This document shows, in pieces, positions 23,253 through 36,198 of a stretch of 64,000 nt of DNA (positions within the stretch are counted from its first letter, which is position 1; each line of letters opens with the position of its first letter). The DNA is taken from the NCBI GenBank assembly GCA_036867785.1, contig CP145411.1:1674001-1738000 (forward strand), read 5' to 3'. Origin of the DNA: Plasmodiophora brassicae (Eukaryota). Under the pieces are notes generated by a model. That model was not told the DNA's origin. It saw nothing but the letters and a program-made list of their open reading frames with translations, and made no database searches. The position numbers were made by a program, and so were the translations under genes.

Positions 23253-26050
23253 ATGCTGTCGTCGCGTTCGGCGCTTCTCGCCGTACTCGTTATCGGGGCT
23301 TGCGGCGTCACCGTTCATGCGGGGAAACGGGGTCCCGTGAAACGAGGCCGGTCTCGGTCCGTTCCACCGTCGCCAACATCGTTATGGGACCAATACGTTT
23401 GACGGACGTTTCAATTTCAGGATCAGTTCACCGTTGCCCTGGTCGCCATCCGCCGAGATCCGTGATGCCGTCATGCTGCTTGAGGAAGCGCGTGTTACGT
23501 TGTGCCAAGTGGAAGCGCCGTCACCTGGATCGCCCCTGCCCAAGATGCCGCCCTGCGAAAAGTTCGCCGCGATTCTGAAGGGTCGCGCCCCAATGTTCAA
23601 TCGCGTGCCATCGTTCAAGTCCATCAGCATGGCGTCCTCCGGCCAGTTCTCTGCCGCGTACAACAACCTGGCAGACATTTGGGACCAGATCGAAGTCGTG
23701 GCCGGGGACCATCTTGATAGTAGCGCCGTCAACGGGCAACTCGACCGCAACCGGTGCAGAGTCATGACACTCGTCAAAGAGTTATCCCGCGTCCTGGCAA
23801 CGTTGTCGTGCGGCGTCGGGTCCAGGCGCGACTCCAAGTTCCAGGACATCCCCAAGCTGCAGTTCTGGAACGCGACGAACGTGTCGCGGGAAGCGATCGT
23901 CCTGGCTGCTTTGCAGATTCGCGACCAGTCCGACCTTGCCCAGGAATTTCTTGACGCCAGCCGATCGCGAAACGCTGTCCTGGAACAAGTGTACGCTGCG
24001 TACGACGAATATTGCGACCTGGTGTTCAATGCACTCAGCGGGCCAATCCTGATCGCCGTTGCGGAAGCTCATAACGGTAAAAGGAAAAAGCAGAGGAGGC
24101 AGAACGCGGTGGCAACCTACTCTCCGCTGATATATGCATCGCACAAGGCGAAGGACATGAAGGGCTTCATTGCCGAGCACGTTCAGCAGTTGCGACTGGC
24201 GAATGGTCGTCTGGTTGAAGATTGTGAACGCCAAGAGCGTATACGTAAGCTTGTCGACCAAATCATTTACATGATGCAACCCAATACCTCTCCGACACTT
24301 GCCGAGAGCGTCGGTGTCGACGCCAACCAGAGCAAGAAGAAGGCAAAGAAGAAGAAAAAGAAGGCCGTCGGCAAGCCGATTGCGAACGTGGCCGAGACAA
24401 CCGGGGATGCTGCCTGCGAGAAGACCGGCCCCCAGGTCGAACAGGCAGTTCAATGTGTGAACATTTCTACACGTGTCGCTGCTGCCGCTGGTGCTGAGAT
24501 TGACGACGAATCGTGTCGGATTCCGCCTACTCCCTGCGTCGTCGTGGATCAGCCCAGTGAGTGAACTCAACGCCACGCGCATGCCTAATGGAATGCTAAC
24601 TCGGTCTGTGTCTGTAGGGTCACCATGCACTACTGTTGGACGAGGCAACCAGAGGAGTGACGAACGCTCGCCTATTCCTTTGCGTTCTGCTACAGAATCC
24701 GGCATCAACGGTACCGCCGGTGGCTCCGTTGACGCTGATGACCTGCCGACAACGTCTGCCCGTTCTCCTCTGACTCCCGACTCAGCGGCTTGCGCTTTCG
24801 CACGTGGCGCTGTTACTTTGCAAACCTTGTCGCCTTCGTCTTCCCGCCTATCTCCACATTCGCCTGCGTACGTTCCCGCAAGCAAACCTGCTATGCTGGG
24901 CGCGTGGTTATCGTCTTCGATTCTGCCTCCTGCACCACCTGGCTTCGACTCCGGTCGAACCGTGTCCAACTCGTGTTCGGCGACTCTTCACCGGGTACCT
25001 GTCGATACCCGAGCCGAATCACTGGACGCGCAGCTGACGAGTGATTTGCGCGGTTTCGTGGCTGCGGTTGAAGAAGATCGGCAATGGGACGACCATTATC
25101 ATCGCCAAGGTTACGGGACCGTTCTGCAAGTTGTACGTGATCTGTTTCCTGATGCCATTGTCAACGTGGCCGGGTCCGTTGCGTACGGCCTGCATTTACC
25201 CGCACCGATCAGCGACCTGGACTTGGTGATCCAGCATCCGGCAGTGAATGCATCAGACGGTTTGCGGATGCTGTACCTCAGCATTCGCTGCGCCCGAACG
25301 TTGTCGTCGGTCAAGTACTTCCCGTGGGCATCGACACCCATCATCAAGGCCACTGCCGCCGATTCGTTGGTGAACATCGACGTCACCTGGAATGTCGCCA
25401 ACGTGGAGCAGTCGCGAGATCTCGTCCTGGAGGCGGTGACCCACCCGTTCTTCAGGCCCATCGTCATGTACATGAAGTATTATCTGCACGTGTACGGCCT
25501 CGGCTCTCCATACCACGGCGGCATCGGATCCTTTACTCTCTACGTTCTCGTCATCTTCCATCTGCAGGTAAATACGGTATGCGTGCTGAATCACCCTTTG
25601 TGCTGAACGCGTGTGAATAGGCCAATGGTACCTCCTGTAGCGTTTCTGCTGGCTCCTGCCTTCGCGCATTCCTCGAGTACTATGGGTCTTCGTTCCAAGT
25701 CGAGCAGTACTGCATTTCTGTGCATACCGGCGGGCGCCCCATACTCAAAGTTCGTAGGACGTGCGCGCTATTCTGTGACGCATGAGCCATTGACTAGTCT
25801 TGTGTTGTCCGATCAGGCCGACCGCGGCCATCGTGCGCCATTAGACGTGGCGCGTTTGTGCGTTGACAGCCCTTTCGACGAGACCGTTGATATCGGCCGG
25901 TCGGCGTTCAATTTCGCTGCCGTTCGGCGACAGTTGCTGTCGACGTACACGATACTGGCTGAACCATCGGCCGTGTCGCTGTCCGATCTGACCCCGCATG
26001 ATACCCCTCCCGTTCACGGCTTGACGACGAAGACGCGACAAACCGGTTAA
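23253..26050 (+). CDS. Secreted Trf4/TENT4-like terminal nucleotidyltransferase, array copy 4 (extra intron 24557-24617)
   Basis: Signal exon MLSSRSALLAVLVIGACGVTVHA. The two large ORFs join in frame through a 61-nt GTGAGT...GCTAAC...TAG intron. Catalytic SDLD and NIDVTWN intact. Confidence 0.85.
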
Positions 26051-26283
26051 CTGAAACACATCTCCAGTACTGCTTTGAAGCTGCTCGAACGTAGACCTGT
26101 TGGTTATATAACGCCACTGCTGCCTGGAGCGCTGCGACCGGACGTCGCAGTCGGCACTGCACAAACTGCGCCAGTCGCGCGCACCGCGAATAGCGCGCGG
26201 TGCAAGACCAACGCCGCTGCGGCCGACAACGCACGACATATAACACGTACGCCCGCAGCCGGGACGTGGACCGCACGAGCAAC

Positions 26284-29043
26284 ATGTTTCGACGAGTCCT
26301 GGCCGCTTTCGTCATCGTCTTCCTCGTATGGCCTGCCGCTGTCCATGCTGGCGGCAAGGGGCGCACGTCTGTGAGACGCCCCCCCGCACCGGTTGGCAAT
26401 CCGGGCATCGCACCGGGCACCGGCTGATTGGGCCGTCCGTGTAGAATCGCCCCGATACGTCCAGCGTCGCCTACGCCGGAAATTCGCGACGCCTTCGTGC
26501 TGTTAGAGCATGCGCGTGTTAGCATATGTGACGCGGAGACGGCCTCCGAGTACACGGAATCATCATCGCCACCATGGAAGGTTGCCTCGGTCCAGGACAT
26601 CGTGCGTCACGTTCCTGTAGCCAGTCTCGCGGTCAAGGCCGGCACTCGCGGCCGTATTGTGGCCATGACGCCTGCAAACATCGCCTCCGCTGTCCAGGTC
26701 GCCACAGTCTTCGACACGGTATTGATGGCCATCGACCAGGTTGTCCACGTCCTTGCTCTCTACGAGACCAGCGCCCCGTTGCTGCTCTGCAAAGCCATGG
26801 CATCAACGAAGAACGTGACCGAGTTCATGGAATCGACCGTGGAGCGAGCCGTGGCGGTTCGCGACGGCAACTTCGCAGACATGCCCGGGTTCTGGAATTC
26901 GACCAGTGTGTCTTCGGACGAGATCGTGGCGGCTGCGGAGCAAGTTCGCGAGAAGGCGGACAACGATCGTCAGATGTTTATCGTGTTTCGCGAGCGGAAT
27001 GTACTCCTGGCACACGCGTACATTGAGTACATGCGGCACTGCGACCTCGTGGCCAATGTGATTGACTACCAGGTCCACGTGATCGATAAAGCCAACCAGG
27101 AGCGCGCGACGGAGGCCTACGAGAAGGTGGCATTCGCTGTGCTATTGGTGGACGGCCTCAGAATGGTCGTCAAGGATCGTCACGCGGCCATGCAGGCGGC
27201 GACGGCGACCCTGGATCGCTCTCTGGTGCGCCTACAACAATCGAGCCTCACCGTCGACTCCTGTACCTGATGAAACTGATCGCCTGCCCTCTTGAGGAGA
27301 CAGTACTGGCGCCCTACTCGGCGCCCAAGCAGAAACGCAGAAAGCAGAAGAAGAGGCAGAGCAAGACGGTCGACGTCGTCCCTGATCCGTTCGTCAAGGA
27401 GACGAACGCATCTGTTGTTCCCTGCAATGACATTGACGACGCTCCAGTACAGGCTGCTGCAGGTCATGCTCAGCCTGTCGACGTAACGACGGACGTGACC
27501 GTTCACGATGACGACGCAGACGTCGATGATGGATGCGGCTGGGTGACCTACTCGTCAAGGAGAAGGCATCGGGGGTAGAACGCCCAGATGTCCTTTCGGC
27601 AAGCACCGCATCCTATTTAGCCACAACCTTCACTGCTCGTACCCCCCCCCCCCCCCCGACAAACGGAGGATTGGCGCCCTCGGGAACGGCTTTCGTCATC
27701 ATCGTCGGCGTCCACGTCGACCAGCGTTGCTTGTGACGATATCGGACACGTCCAGGTCGTTCTGGGGACGCCTTCTTTGTTGCCTGTCCCGGCACGCCCT
27801 GTAATGGACGGTTCTGTTGATTCAGCGACCAGCATCGATGTTCGCAGCGGCCCAACCGGCGCCGGCGTCGACGCATCCAGATTCGCAACGAGGCGTGGAA
27901 CCGAGCCGAGTTCTGGAGTCACGCCCCCAGACGCCTACGAGAACGAGTTCCCACCTCTACCGAGGCCCGGGTCGGTGCCATCATCGGATGGAAACGTGCG
28001 CTCCAGCGACGTCATGGCACCATCAGCACCGTCCCCTGCCGAAGACGTCGGAAGCGTCACCGATCTCGGCGGAGACGATTCGGCAGCGTGACGACGCGTA
28101 CTACGACCAAGGTCGCCGGGCCGTCGAGCGGGCCGTACACGACCTGTGTTCTGGTGCCAGCGTCACGTTGACCGGGTCCATTGTGCACGGCCTGCATCTA
28201 CCGGCGCCGGCCAGCGACATGGATCTGTTGGTTCAGCACCCAGCCGTCCATCCGGCGGACGGCCTGCTCAACCTGTACCGAAGAATACGGGCCGATCCCG
28301 TGTTCACGTCGGCGATGTACATCCCGACGGCGTCGGATTGGCCGTCGCGAACTCGTCGGTGACGATCGACATTACGTGGAACGTCGCCAACGTCGACGAA
28401 TCGCGCCGGTTGGTCGGCGCGGCCATGAGGCATACGCTGTTCAAGCGCATCACCATGTACATGAAGCATTACCTGTTCATGCACGGGCTGGGCGTCCCGT
28501 ATCATGGCGGGCTCGGGTCGTTCCCGCTCTACCTGCCCGTCATCTTCCACCTGCAGGTACGTATCGCGTCAACGGCGCTCGCCGCTGGTCGTCCCGCTCG
28601 AGCGTTCACGACGTTTGCTCTGTGTTCAGGTGAACTGTGTCTCCAATACCATGCGCGCCGGCGCCTGCCTTCGAGCGTTCTTCGCGTTCTACGGGCGGAC
28701 GTTCCACGTTGAACAGCATTGCGTTTCCCTGCGGACGAACGGGCGTCCACTTCCCAAAGTCGGGGCGTACCTGTTTTCTCCTCTGGAGCGCGGACGTCTG
28801 ACAGGCACACTGCCGTAGGCTGAACGTGCCCAGCGTGGGCCGCAGGACGACACTCGCCTGTGCATTGAAATCCCGTTCGATTCCAGCGTTGACGTTGGAC
28901 GATCGGCGTTCAACTTTGGCGCCATTCGTCAGCAGCTATATAAGACGTATATGGGCCTGTCGGCATCCCACAATGTGGCATTGAGCACCCTAACGCCCGA
29001 CGCTCCTATTCCGCCATCCTCGAGACCACGTTCTTCATCGTGA
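26284..29043 (+). pseudogene. Nucleotidyltransferase array copy 5, pseudogene
   Basis: Signal peptide MFRRVLAAFVIVFLVWPAAVHA and all family motifs are recognisable, but there are frame breaks near 27265, 27576, 28085 and 28335 (loss of PIIKAT) and a C16 run at 27642-27657. Confidence 0.8.
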
Positions 29044-29315
29044 ACCAAGCTCGAGGCGGTTCCTCTGTGCGACCGGTCCTGTGAGTAAATGGACTCCTGA
29101 TTCGCAGTATCAAAGCGGCGATCGACATCCTTACCTGTCTGTCGTCGACCGCCTGCTAGCGCCGACGTTCCAATAACGTTGATTCAGGGGCGAAGGAGCG
29201 GACGGCGAAAGTTGCAGGCCCTGAGTTGTGGAGACAAACAGCGCGCTATTATTGTTGCTGCGCTCGAGCGCCGTGCAGGCCGCCGCAGGCCGGCCTGTGG
29301 CATTCGACGTCAGCA

Positions 29316-32254
29316 ATGCTGCTCGTCGTTTTCGTCATCGCATGCACCGGCGTTCATGCAGCTGGCAATCGCCGCTCGGTGAAGCGCGCCTCACCGAGGT
29401 TCATCGTTCGGCAGTGCTGCCACTTGATGGAACCGATGCCTGACCGGCCGTGTTGCGTTGCAGGGCGGATGCATCGTTGCCGGCGTCACCGTCGCCTGAA
29501 ATCCGGGACGCGATCGTGCTGCTCGAGCAGGCACGTGTCATGTTGTGCGAAGCGGAGTCGCCCACTGGGATCACAGCAGCGTCGGCCTCAGGCAAGCCCT
29601 CTCGTTCGGCATCCAGTCTCAAGGCCGATGCCCACCTGCACAAACGATTGAAACAGCTTGGGCCTGCGAACCGTATTTCACGCATCAAGACCGCCGATTT
29701 CGTCAGCGCGTTCTGCGAGCAGACCTCGTTCCCGGTCGCCATCATTGTTGCACAGCATGCGCGCGATATCCCAGAGGCGGCGCGCGTCTACCAGTGCAAG
29801 ACGCTGGCATTGGCAGCGAGCGAAAACCTGTGCGATTACATGGACGCGAATGTGTCAGCAGCCACACGAGCTCGAGACACAAAGTTCCAAGACCTGCCCG
29901 CGTTATGGTTTTGGGGTTCGACAAAGGTGACCCCCGAGGAGGTCGTCTCCGCTGCTAGGGAAACCAGGAAGCAGATTGTGCTGGCTCGGGAAGCGCTGAA
30001 GACGGCCCGCGAGCGGAATCTCCATATGCAGCAAGTGATCAAAACCTACATCATGTTCTGCGACACGGTGGCTGTTGTACTCTGCAGGCCGATCCTTGCT
30101 GCGGCGGCACATTCCAGGCTGGAGCAGAAGGCGGACCTGCGGTACGCGCTCGGCCTGGCTAACGACATGAAGAAGGGGCTGGTCCAGTTCACGAAAGATT
30201 TACGTGCGCCAATGGACCATCTGGAGCAGCACCTTGGCCAGTTGAAGCATGCCGGCAACATTGCCGACCAGGTCATCAACACGATGCACGGCTTGATCAC
30301 TGCACCGGTTACTCCTGCCGAACAGACAGTGACGCCGACGACACGCAAGGCGAAATCACGAAAGAAGAAAAAGGCTGCGAGCAGCCCCAACCTGACGATC
30401 GACGTGACGAACGCCCCTGATCAGTATTGCGACATTGGCGCCACAAACGAGTTTGGCGGGGAGGATGCTGCTGATCACTTCCCGGAACTGGTCGTGTATG
30501 TCGACGACGATGGGGCACCGTCTGACGTTTCGTTAACGTTGTCGCTGACGACGGTAGTAGAAAACGAGACCGCCGTCTGGGAATTACCGTCGTTGCAGGA
30601 CAAGTCTGGACCACAAGCTTGCAACAACAGCACGGGAGCTACGCCGGCCAGCGTTCCCCATGACGACGCAAAGGTCATGGCCGATAGCCCTGGACCGACG
30701 TTTGCCGAGCAGGCCGGTGATCGAATTGTGGCTGCTAACGATTCCTTGGTGAAAGCCTGCGACTCTCCCGCAACGAATGCCAGCGGCGAAACGACTACGA
30801 CCGATGAAGACGTGACGTCATCTGCCAGACCCATACTCCCAGGAACGTACGACGATGGGTTTCCTGCTTTGTCAAGCGTATCGTCGATGACCGGTTCCAG
30901 GAGCGGGTCCAACGATGTCTGCTCCAGTGAGGTGTCGCCCACACCCGTTGCGACCTCAGGCAGCAATGGATCGAGCAGAACGGTTTCCGGCATGGGTTCA
31001 ATGTTGTCAGCATCTGCGTCGCCCTTCTGCCCTGCACGTGTTCGTCATTTGGATTGGTCACCGCAGCAGCGACGATTGTTACTGCACACTCCTACTTCGC
31101 CCAACCCACCTATGCACATGGTGCCGCCGATGGCCGCAGAACAGGACTCTCAGTTGACTGTCGACCTGCACGAATTCGTAGCCAAGGCTGAACGTGGCCG
31201 ACGCCGGGACGACGTTCACTACGGGAGGGCTTACGATGCCGTTGATCGAGCAGTATGCCACCTGTTCCTAAACGCCACTGTCAACGTGGCCGGGTCCGTT
31301 GCGTATGGCCTGCATTTACGCGCGCCGACCAGCGACCTGGACTTGGTGATCCAGCACCCGACGGAGACATGGTCGAACGGTTTGCCAGCATTGTACCGCT
31401 ACATGCTTGCCGATGACACGTTCTCGTCTGTATTCTACATTCCGACGGCACGCACGCCCATCATCAAGGCGACTGTTGCCAAGTCGTTGGTCAACGTCGA
31501 CATTACGTGGAGGGTCGCCAACGTGGACGAATTTCGCCACCTGATTGCAGACACCATGACGTTGTTCCCCCTCGTGTTCAAGACCATCACCTTGTACATG
31601 AAGCATTACCTGTACATGTACGGGCTCGGCACTCCATATTTCGGCGGGCTTGGGTCGTTCCCTCTCTATCTTCTCGTGATCTTCCACCTGCAGGTAACGG
31701 GAGCGCCTGGACGTACTCGATCGCTGAGTCGCCTGCCCAGGTCAATGCTGTCGCCTGTGCCGTGTCTGCTGGTACCTGTCTTCGCACGTTCTTCGGCTTC
31801 TACGGGTTCGTGTTTCCAGTCGACGACCATTGCGTGTCGGTGAATACAGGCGGGCGCCCAATTCCCAAAGTAGGTCCCCGGCTTGTCGAGAGTACTTGCT
31901 TGACCGCCGTGATGACTGATACGTCCCGTGTCGGAACAGCCTGATTTGGTCGGCGTCCATGGTCAACCGGACGCTGAGCGTCTCTGCATTGTGAGCCCGT
32001 TCGACGCGACTGACGCCGATGTCGGTCGGTCGGCATTCAACTTCGCTGCCATACGCCAGCGGTTCTCCTCGACTTACGCGGCGCTGACGACGTCGGGATC
32101 CGGGCAGGTGATCCTGCGGCTGTCGGACGTAACTCCCACCTCGCCGATGCCCCCATCCATGACGAGACACGCACCCTGTTCCAGCACCTACATCAAACCA
32201 GGCATCGCCATGACGGGGCGGTCGCCCGACTCTCCGCACCGTGACGGCGCCTAG
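29316..32254 (+). CDS. Secreted Trf4/TENT4-like terminal nucleotidyltransferase, array copy 6
   Basis: Signal exon MLLVVFVIACTGVHA; GSVAYGLHLRAPTSDLD, NVDITWR; final exon LCIVSPFDATDADVGRS. Confidence 0.88.
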
Positions 32255-33285
32255 GGATGGCGAGCACGAGTCTGATCATGACGACCGCATGGGCATTTGA
32301 ACAGGACGATGGCAGCAACTGTAATGCGCTGGACGAATTATATGTCAAACGAGCCGACGTAGGCGGCAGGGCCGGCGAACGTCTGCCCATGTCGGGTCCG
32401 GCAAACGGATCGCCGATCAGGGGGCACATCCGCTCGAAGACGGCACGGCGGACGCACCTCGATCGCATGACAGCCGTTCGACAAACGGGGTGCGCGTCGT
32501 ACTGTGGATGCCGGTGGACGCGCGGCGAACATGGTCATGCCGAACTTTGCTGGCGCTTGGCGGGCCCTCGACTCGTCCCACTTGTCCAGCGTACGTCGGC
32601 GGCCCCCTCCCCCTCCCGCGCTTGACAACGCACTTGACGAGCCTCTTGGCGTGCCAGAGCGGAGCGGCGAACCACTTGCCAGTCTTACTGGCCATTGGAC
32701 AATGCCATGCCGGCGCCGGCGGTGACGGCCACCAGAACCAGGTACGGCGATTGCAACGTGCGGGCGTCGAACGACGATCGGCGCTTGCCGTCGTTAGTCC
32801 TCCAGCAGCCGTCTGCCCAGGAGTCTTCTCCAGCTGGGCAGTGCGGATCGGGTGGATGTTGCCAGCGGGACGGCTTTCGGCGCCACACGACAGGCTGAGA
32901 GCCACGACGAACAGTGTGGGACCAACGAAGGCAGCGATCAGCGACGGAGCAGGGAACCCGACCTGCACGATTGGCGAATGACGCGTACGTGGGCAGAAGG
33001 CGCCCACTGGCACGTGTCTCGATAAGCGCACGTAAACAGGCTCTGTTTCTCTGTGTTCAGGAGCAGTCTGGCCACCCACGGTTGGAGACACGAATTTGGG
33101 GGCCTTGGGGGGATATCGACAAGGCGTCCAACACACAGCGCGACAGAGCGCCCGGCACCAACGCTGACGCGGACGACCCTTTGGGGACCGCCACAGCACG
33201 ACGAAATGTGAGTGTCGTGCGTGTGTAAACCTGCCTCTTCCGTATCGTTTTATAGACGAAGCGGGGCACAGCGGTCGAGGACGGG

Positions 33286-36034
33286 CTAACGTGCATCGCA
33301 GGTCAGTTCGGACAGAGCCACTTCGCATGAACGCGTCATCGTCAGGTACGTCGAGTGCATCTGCCGGCGAATGGCCCCGAAGTTGAACGCCGATCGCCCG
33401 ACATCAGCGGTTGCGTCGAACGGGCTCACAATGCACAGGCCTGCGTCGTCCGTCCGGCCAACCGTCCTCTGTGACCCGCCAACAATGCATGAGATATGGA
33501 TTGAAGAGGTCGGTGAGCAGCGCACCCACTTTGAGGACTGGGCGACCTTTCGTGCGAACCGAGACGCACTGCTGTTCGACAGGGAACGACGACCCGTAGA
33601 ACTCAAACAGCGCTCGCAGGCAGGCGCCCGCCGACATTGTACAGGAGGCGGCGTTGGCCTAGGCAGGCACGAATCAGTGATATGGGATTCCGGCGGGCGC
33701 CACCGCCCTTGCTCTAACCTGTAGGTGGAAGATGACGAGAAGGTAGAGCTGGAAGGACCCGAGGCCGCCGTCATACGGCGTCCCGAGGCCATGCATATAC
33801 AGGTAGTACTTCATGTACATGGTGATCGGCCGGAACAACGGGAACGCGTCGACCGCCTCCCGGACGAGGTGTCGCGAGTCGTCCACGTTGGCGACGTTCC
33901 ACGAAATGTCGACGGTGACAGACGAGTTCGACGCGGTCGCCTTGATGATGGGCGTTGACGCCCGCGCAATGTACTTCACCGACGAGAACGCCGGATCGGT
34001 TGCAATGGCGCCCGACAGTCGCTGCAGCCCGTCGCCTGCACTCATCGCAGGGTGCTGGACCACCAGGTCCAGGTCGCTGACCGGTGCCGCCAAGTGCAGG
34101 CCGTACGCGACGGATCCGGCCACCTTGACGTGAGCGCGGCGATCGCCCCGGAACAGGCGCCGTACCGCATGCTGGACGGCGTGGAACGCGCAACGATGGG
34201 CGTCGTAGTCGCGATGGCGGTCCGCCTCAGCCGACCGCATGAAGGCGTGCAGGCCGCTGGTCAGTTTCGCGTTGTGTGCTGCGATGAGCGACGCGGCACC
34301 TGCAGGGATACGGCCGCTGCTGGATGTTTCCCTTCGTTGTAGTCGGGGCGCTCGTACGCCGTCACGATCGGCCGCCTGATGATGATTCGGGGCGATGACG
34401 TCATGCGCTGAACGAATATCCGCTGCTGGTGTCAGGGACGTGAACGCGTTGCTGGGGACGGCTGAACACGGAATCGCACGAGTTGGCACCTGAAGGTCGA
34501 CGTCGCCAACGGCGATTGGCGACGCTGAAGGCGTCCCGCCTCCCGTGTTGGCGTCCAAGGCGCCCGACGAGTTGTTCAGCAGCAGGGACAGCGCGGCACC
34601 GTCATGATCGAGTGGACCCGCCGACCATTCGGACACGCCGGGAATATTCGATGCGTTCGCGTAGACATCGTCGTGGACGGGTTCAACGACACTAAGCGGA
34701 TCGTGACCGTCTTTCGTGCCGCCGTACGCGTCGGTGCCCATCTTCGCACCCGGTTTCCGCTTCGTCCCCGCTGTCTGAATTGGGCCGCGTGACGGCAATT
34801 CAACGCTCGCGATACTGTCGTCGTGCTTGACAGCATCAGCGCCAGGGCAGGACGCAGGTTGGACATCGTCGACAACGACGTCACCAGTCGCCTTGTCCCC
34901 CCTCACTCTGCTGTCCTGCTTCGTCGGTTTCTTCTTCTTCTTCGCCTTCTTGACGGGTCCATCGCCGGGTGCGCCCGGCCTGTTCTCGGCGCTTGCTGAA
35001 GGAAAGAAGAGCAACTCTATCGTGCAAGCGAGGCGGTCGACATGATCGCGGCACTCCCTCAGGTGCACAAGCGCGTTGTCGAGGACATCGCTTGACATCA
35101 GCAACTTGGTGACGTCCTGGGTGAGGCGGCTGTCCAGGCTAGCGGCGATGTTCGATACACGCGTCCACTCGGCCAGCTCCTCCAGCTGCGCGTCAAGACT
35201 TAGCTGGAGACCTTGCTGCGCAACGGCACCAATCGCTGGCTGGATGACGCGTGTGCTCACCAGCTCGCTGTACTCGTGGTACACGTCGAACAATCGTCCC
35301 AGTCGGTCGTTGCGCTCGAGTAGAGCCCAGATCAGTGCCTCGTCATGGTCGGCCTGGCGTCGTAGCTGGACGGCGGCGGCCGCGATGTCCTCCGGGGCCA
35401 CGTCCGTCTCGTTCCAGAACCGTAGCACGGGCAGGTCCTCGAACGTGGCGTCGCGATCGAGGACCGCCTGCTTCACAGTGGTGGACATGAAATCGGTCAG
35501 GTTCCTTGATGCCCCAATGGCCAGATGACGCATGCTGCCGACGCATCTGGTGTCCACACCAATGACGAGAGGGCCGCAACGTCGGATGGTCGAGTCGATA
35601 TGGATCGCCGACCCCGCCAGGAAGTTGTGTGTCGCTGCGATCTGCAACATGGCGGCCGCATTCATGGGCCGCATGGCTGGGACGCGTTTGTACAGCGCGG
35701 CGCCCCGCCTCAGACTGGACGCAGGCCGGTCGTGCACCGGCGTCCTCGCCTGCCCAGCGAACGCGTTCGCCGGCAGCACGACGTCGTACGTGGCCAGCAT
35801 CGTCGATTCGACCTCGCACAAGGTGACCCGCGCCTGCTCCAGCATCACGATCGCGTCCCGGATGTCAGCAGACGACGACAACGGCAGCGCGTTGCCGTCG
35901 GCCCGGGTGCCGCGAGCGCCGGGCGACGTCGGTGGACGCCTCGCAGGAGCCGAGCGCCGCTTCTTGCCGGCGCCGTGGACGATGCCTCCGGTCAGGACGG
36001 CGACGACAACGACGAAACGCACCACGTTCGACAT
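33286..36034 (-). CDS. Secreted Trf4/TENT4-like terminal nucleotidyltransferase, array copy 7
   Basis: Signal peptide MSNVVRFVVVVAVLTGGIVHG-AGKKRR; GSVAYGLHLAAPVSDLD, TVDISWN; final exon LCIVSPFDATADVGRS. Confidence 0.9.
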
Positions 36035-36198
36035 TGGTCGACGCCCAGCGTGCTCTCAATGCCCTGCAGGTTGCGCAGCGAAAACCGCGCGGTTTGTGCA
36101 GGACCACGTGGCAACGCTAAGAATAGCGCGCCGTGCAGGCCGGACGCAGTTCCCGCGCGCGCGCACCAGCCCCGGGCGCGCATTTGCTATTATCGACC

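Noticed and set aside
32400-33230. Possible small spliced gene between copies 6 and 7
   Set aside because: Some splice-like signals, but I could not build a coherent model or recognise a product.
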